Part shown: positions 62,724 to 64,000 of the stretch, piece by piece | How the letters are laid out: every line of letters begins with the position of its first letter | Position numbering within the stretch: position 1 is the first letter of the stretch | Assembly: GCA_963702845.1 (NCBI GenBank) | Contig: OY969763.1 | Location: 4,096,001-4,160,000 of the forward strand | DNA length: 64,000 nucleotides | Reading direction: 5' to 3' | Source of the DNA: an uncultured Verrucomicrobiae bacterium | Lineage (GTDB): Bacteria; Verrucomicrobiota; Verrucomicrobiia; Limisphaerales; Palsa-1400 | The notes under the pieces: model-generated | Told to the model about the DNA's origin: nothing | The model's database searches: none | What the model saw: the letters and a program-made list of their open reading frames with translations, nothing else | Program-made: the position numbers and the translations under genes

Positions 62724-63885
62724 AAACCAAATGTGCGATGACGAGTCCTAACAAGGCGACGCCCGTTCCCACTGTGACGAGAAAACCGCGTTGCAGGTTA
62801 CTTTTATCGGCGACCGCGCCGATGACGATCGGGATAATAGTCCAACCAACCGACGCCATCCCGAAGAGCGTGCCAACGGCTCGGCCATGCACTTCCACGG
62901 GAAAATGACTCAATAGAATCGCCATTAAATTCGGGAAAAATGGGCCGTAAAGAAGTCCGGCGGCGACGAGCAAGCCGATCACTATTGCGCGATTGCGAGT
63001 AAAAATAAGTCCAAGCAAGACCGCGATTGTCAGCGCCGCCAGCACGATGTGTGTCACGCGAGCGACGTGAACCGAGTGTTCAACCGTCGCACTCCCCGAG
63101 TGAAAGACCAGCGCCGTCATGAGGCGCGAGCCCATGAAACAAAGCCAGAAAGCAGAGAGCGCCCACGCGGCGGTGCGCGAGGATTTTTCCGGCGCTTCTC
63201 CAGCGGGCGCAACGTTTTTCACGAACGAGGTGGCCCACGCGGCCGTGCAGGATTCGATCGGCACCCAAAGCAACAAAATGATTCCGCAAAACCACATGAT
63301 CGGATCGCCGATAACCGCGCCGAAGCCGACCGGTTTAGCCGGCGCGGCGCCTTGCATGTTCACCGCGAACGAATAAACGAGCGGCACGGCCACGATAGCA
63401 CCAAGGAAGGACACTGCTTTGGAAAATCCAGCCTTCCGGATCAACACCACCGTCACTGTCGGCGTCAAAAACGCGCCCAGTCCGAAAAAGAAATCCAACA
63501 GGTTCGTGGCCATGAACACGTTGTCATAGGCCATATACATGAGGACATTTGCCACATTGATCATCGCAGCCCAGCCAGCCGACAACAACGCAACCGCAAT
63601 CACCGCGACCGAATAACGATTCGTCCTCGCCAATAAAAATAATGAGAACGCGACCAGAATCGAACCGCTTACCCAAACACCTTTGCGCCCGAGCGCGTCC
63701 GCGAGAAATCCGCAGATCAAAATAATTGGCCCCACCATGAAGCCGAAAGACGAGACCAATCCGCCAACTTTGGCCTCATGCATATTAAGCCGTTCCGACA
63801 GCGGCAACTTGAGCGCTCCCAAAACCGAGTAACACATGCCAGTAATAGGAAGACCGCAAATCATGAACGTTTGGAGGGTGGTCAT
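62710..63885 (-). CDS. MFS transporter
   Basis: About 12 hydrophobic segments; motif A GFLADALGRK; overlaps the sulfatase start. Confidence 0.9.
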   Translation of the reverse strand: MTTLQTFMICGLPITGMCYSVLGALKLPLSERLNMHEAKVGGLVSSFGFMVGPIILICGFLADALGRKGVWVSGSILVAFSLFLLARTNRYSVAVIAVALLSAGWAAMINVANVLMYMAYDNVFMATNLLDFFFGLGAFLTPTVTVVLIRKAGFSKAVSFLGAIVAVPLVYSFAVNMQGAAPAKPVGFGAVIGDPIMWFCGIILLLWVPIESCTAAWATSFVKNVAPAGEAPEKSSRTAAWALSAFWLCFMGSRLMTALVFHSGSATVEHSVHVARVTHIVLAALTIAVLLGLIFTRNRAIVIGLLVAAGLLYGPFFPNLMAILLSHFPVEVHGRAVGTLFGMASVGWTIIPIVIGAVADKSNLQRGFLVTVGTGVALLGLVIAHLVYVTK

Positions 63886-64000
63886 GCGGCGAGAGTAAAG
63901 ATTTCGAAGTAAAGCAGCTAGTATTTTCCCTCGGTCGCGCGATGCGAACTTCCCCGCCGAATTTGAGTTTCAATCGCGATGCGTGTCTGTTAACCCTACG

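Overview
Bacterial chromosomal window with about 60 CDS. Gene content points to a soil/sediment-type Verrucomicrobiota genome (Pedosphaera-like); this is inferred from the PVC-type CxxCH dehydrogenase, DUF1559-type prepilin, YHYH protein and TMTC-like TPR protein. Most of it is core housekeeping: pyrR-pyrB with a PyrR attenuator, apbC, apgM-transketolase, htrA, tatA-tatA-tatC, kdsA-lptA-like-lptB-hprK-ptsH-gatCA, ispF, acpP-fabF and an A-type Fe-S carrier. It also holds a Wzc/OPX/beta-barrel polysaccharide export operon and an accessory carbohydrate block (about 4.2-14.3 kb) rich in short repeats and frameshifts. I found no rRNA, tRNA, CRISPR array, transposase, integrase or reverse transcriptase. 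The most unusual items are a 700-bp repeat-mosaic intergenic region containing two diverged, covarying 10-bp-periodic hairpin modules (11190-11403), a lipoprotein NADAR-PPC(DUF296) fusion, a prepilin with a Pro-rich stalk and a second C-terminal membrane anchor, a coiled-coil OPX protein paired with a separate beta-barrel, a perfect (ATTTTCC)16 array, and an apparent M14 pseudo-peptidase. Most frameshifts look like long-read insertion errors. All product calls come from motif recognition by eye, not database searches.
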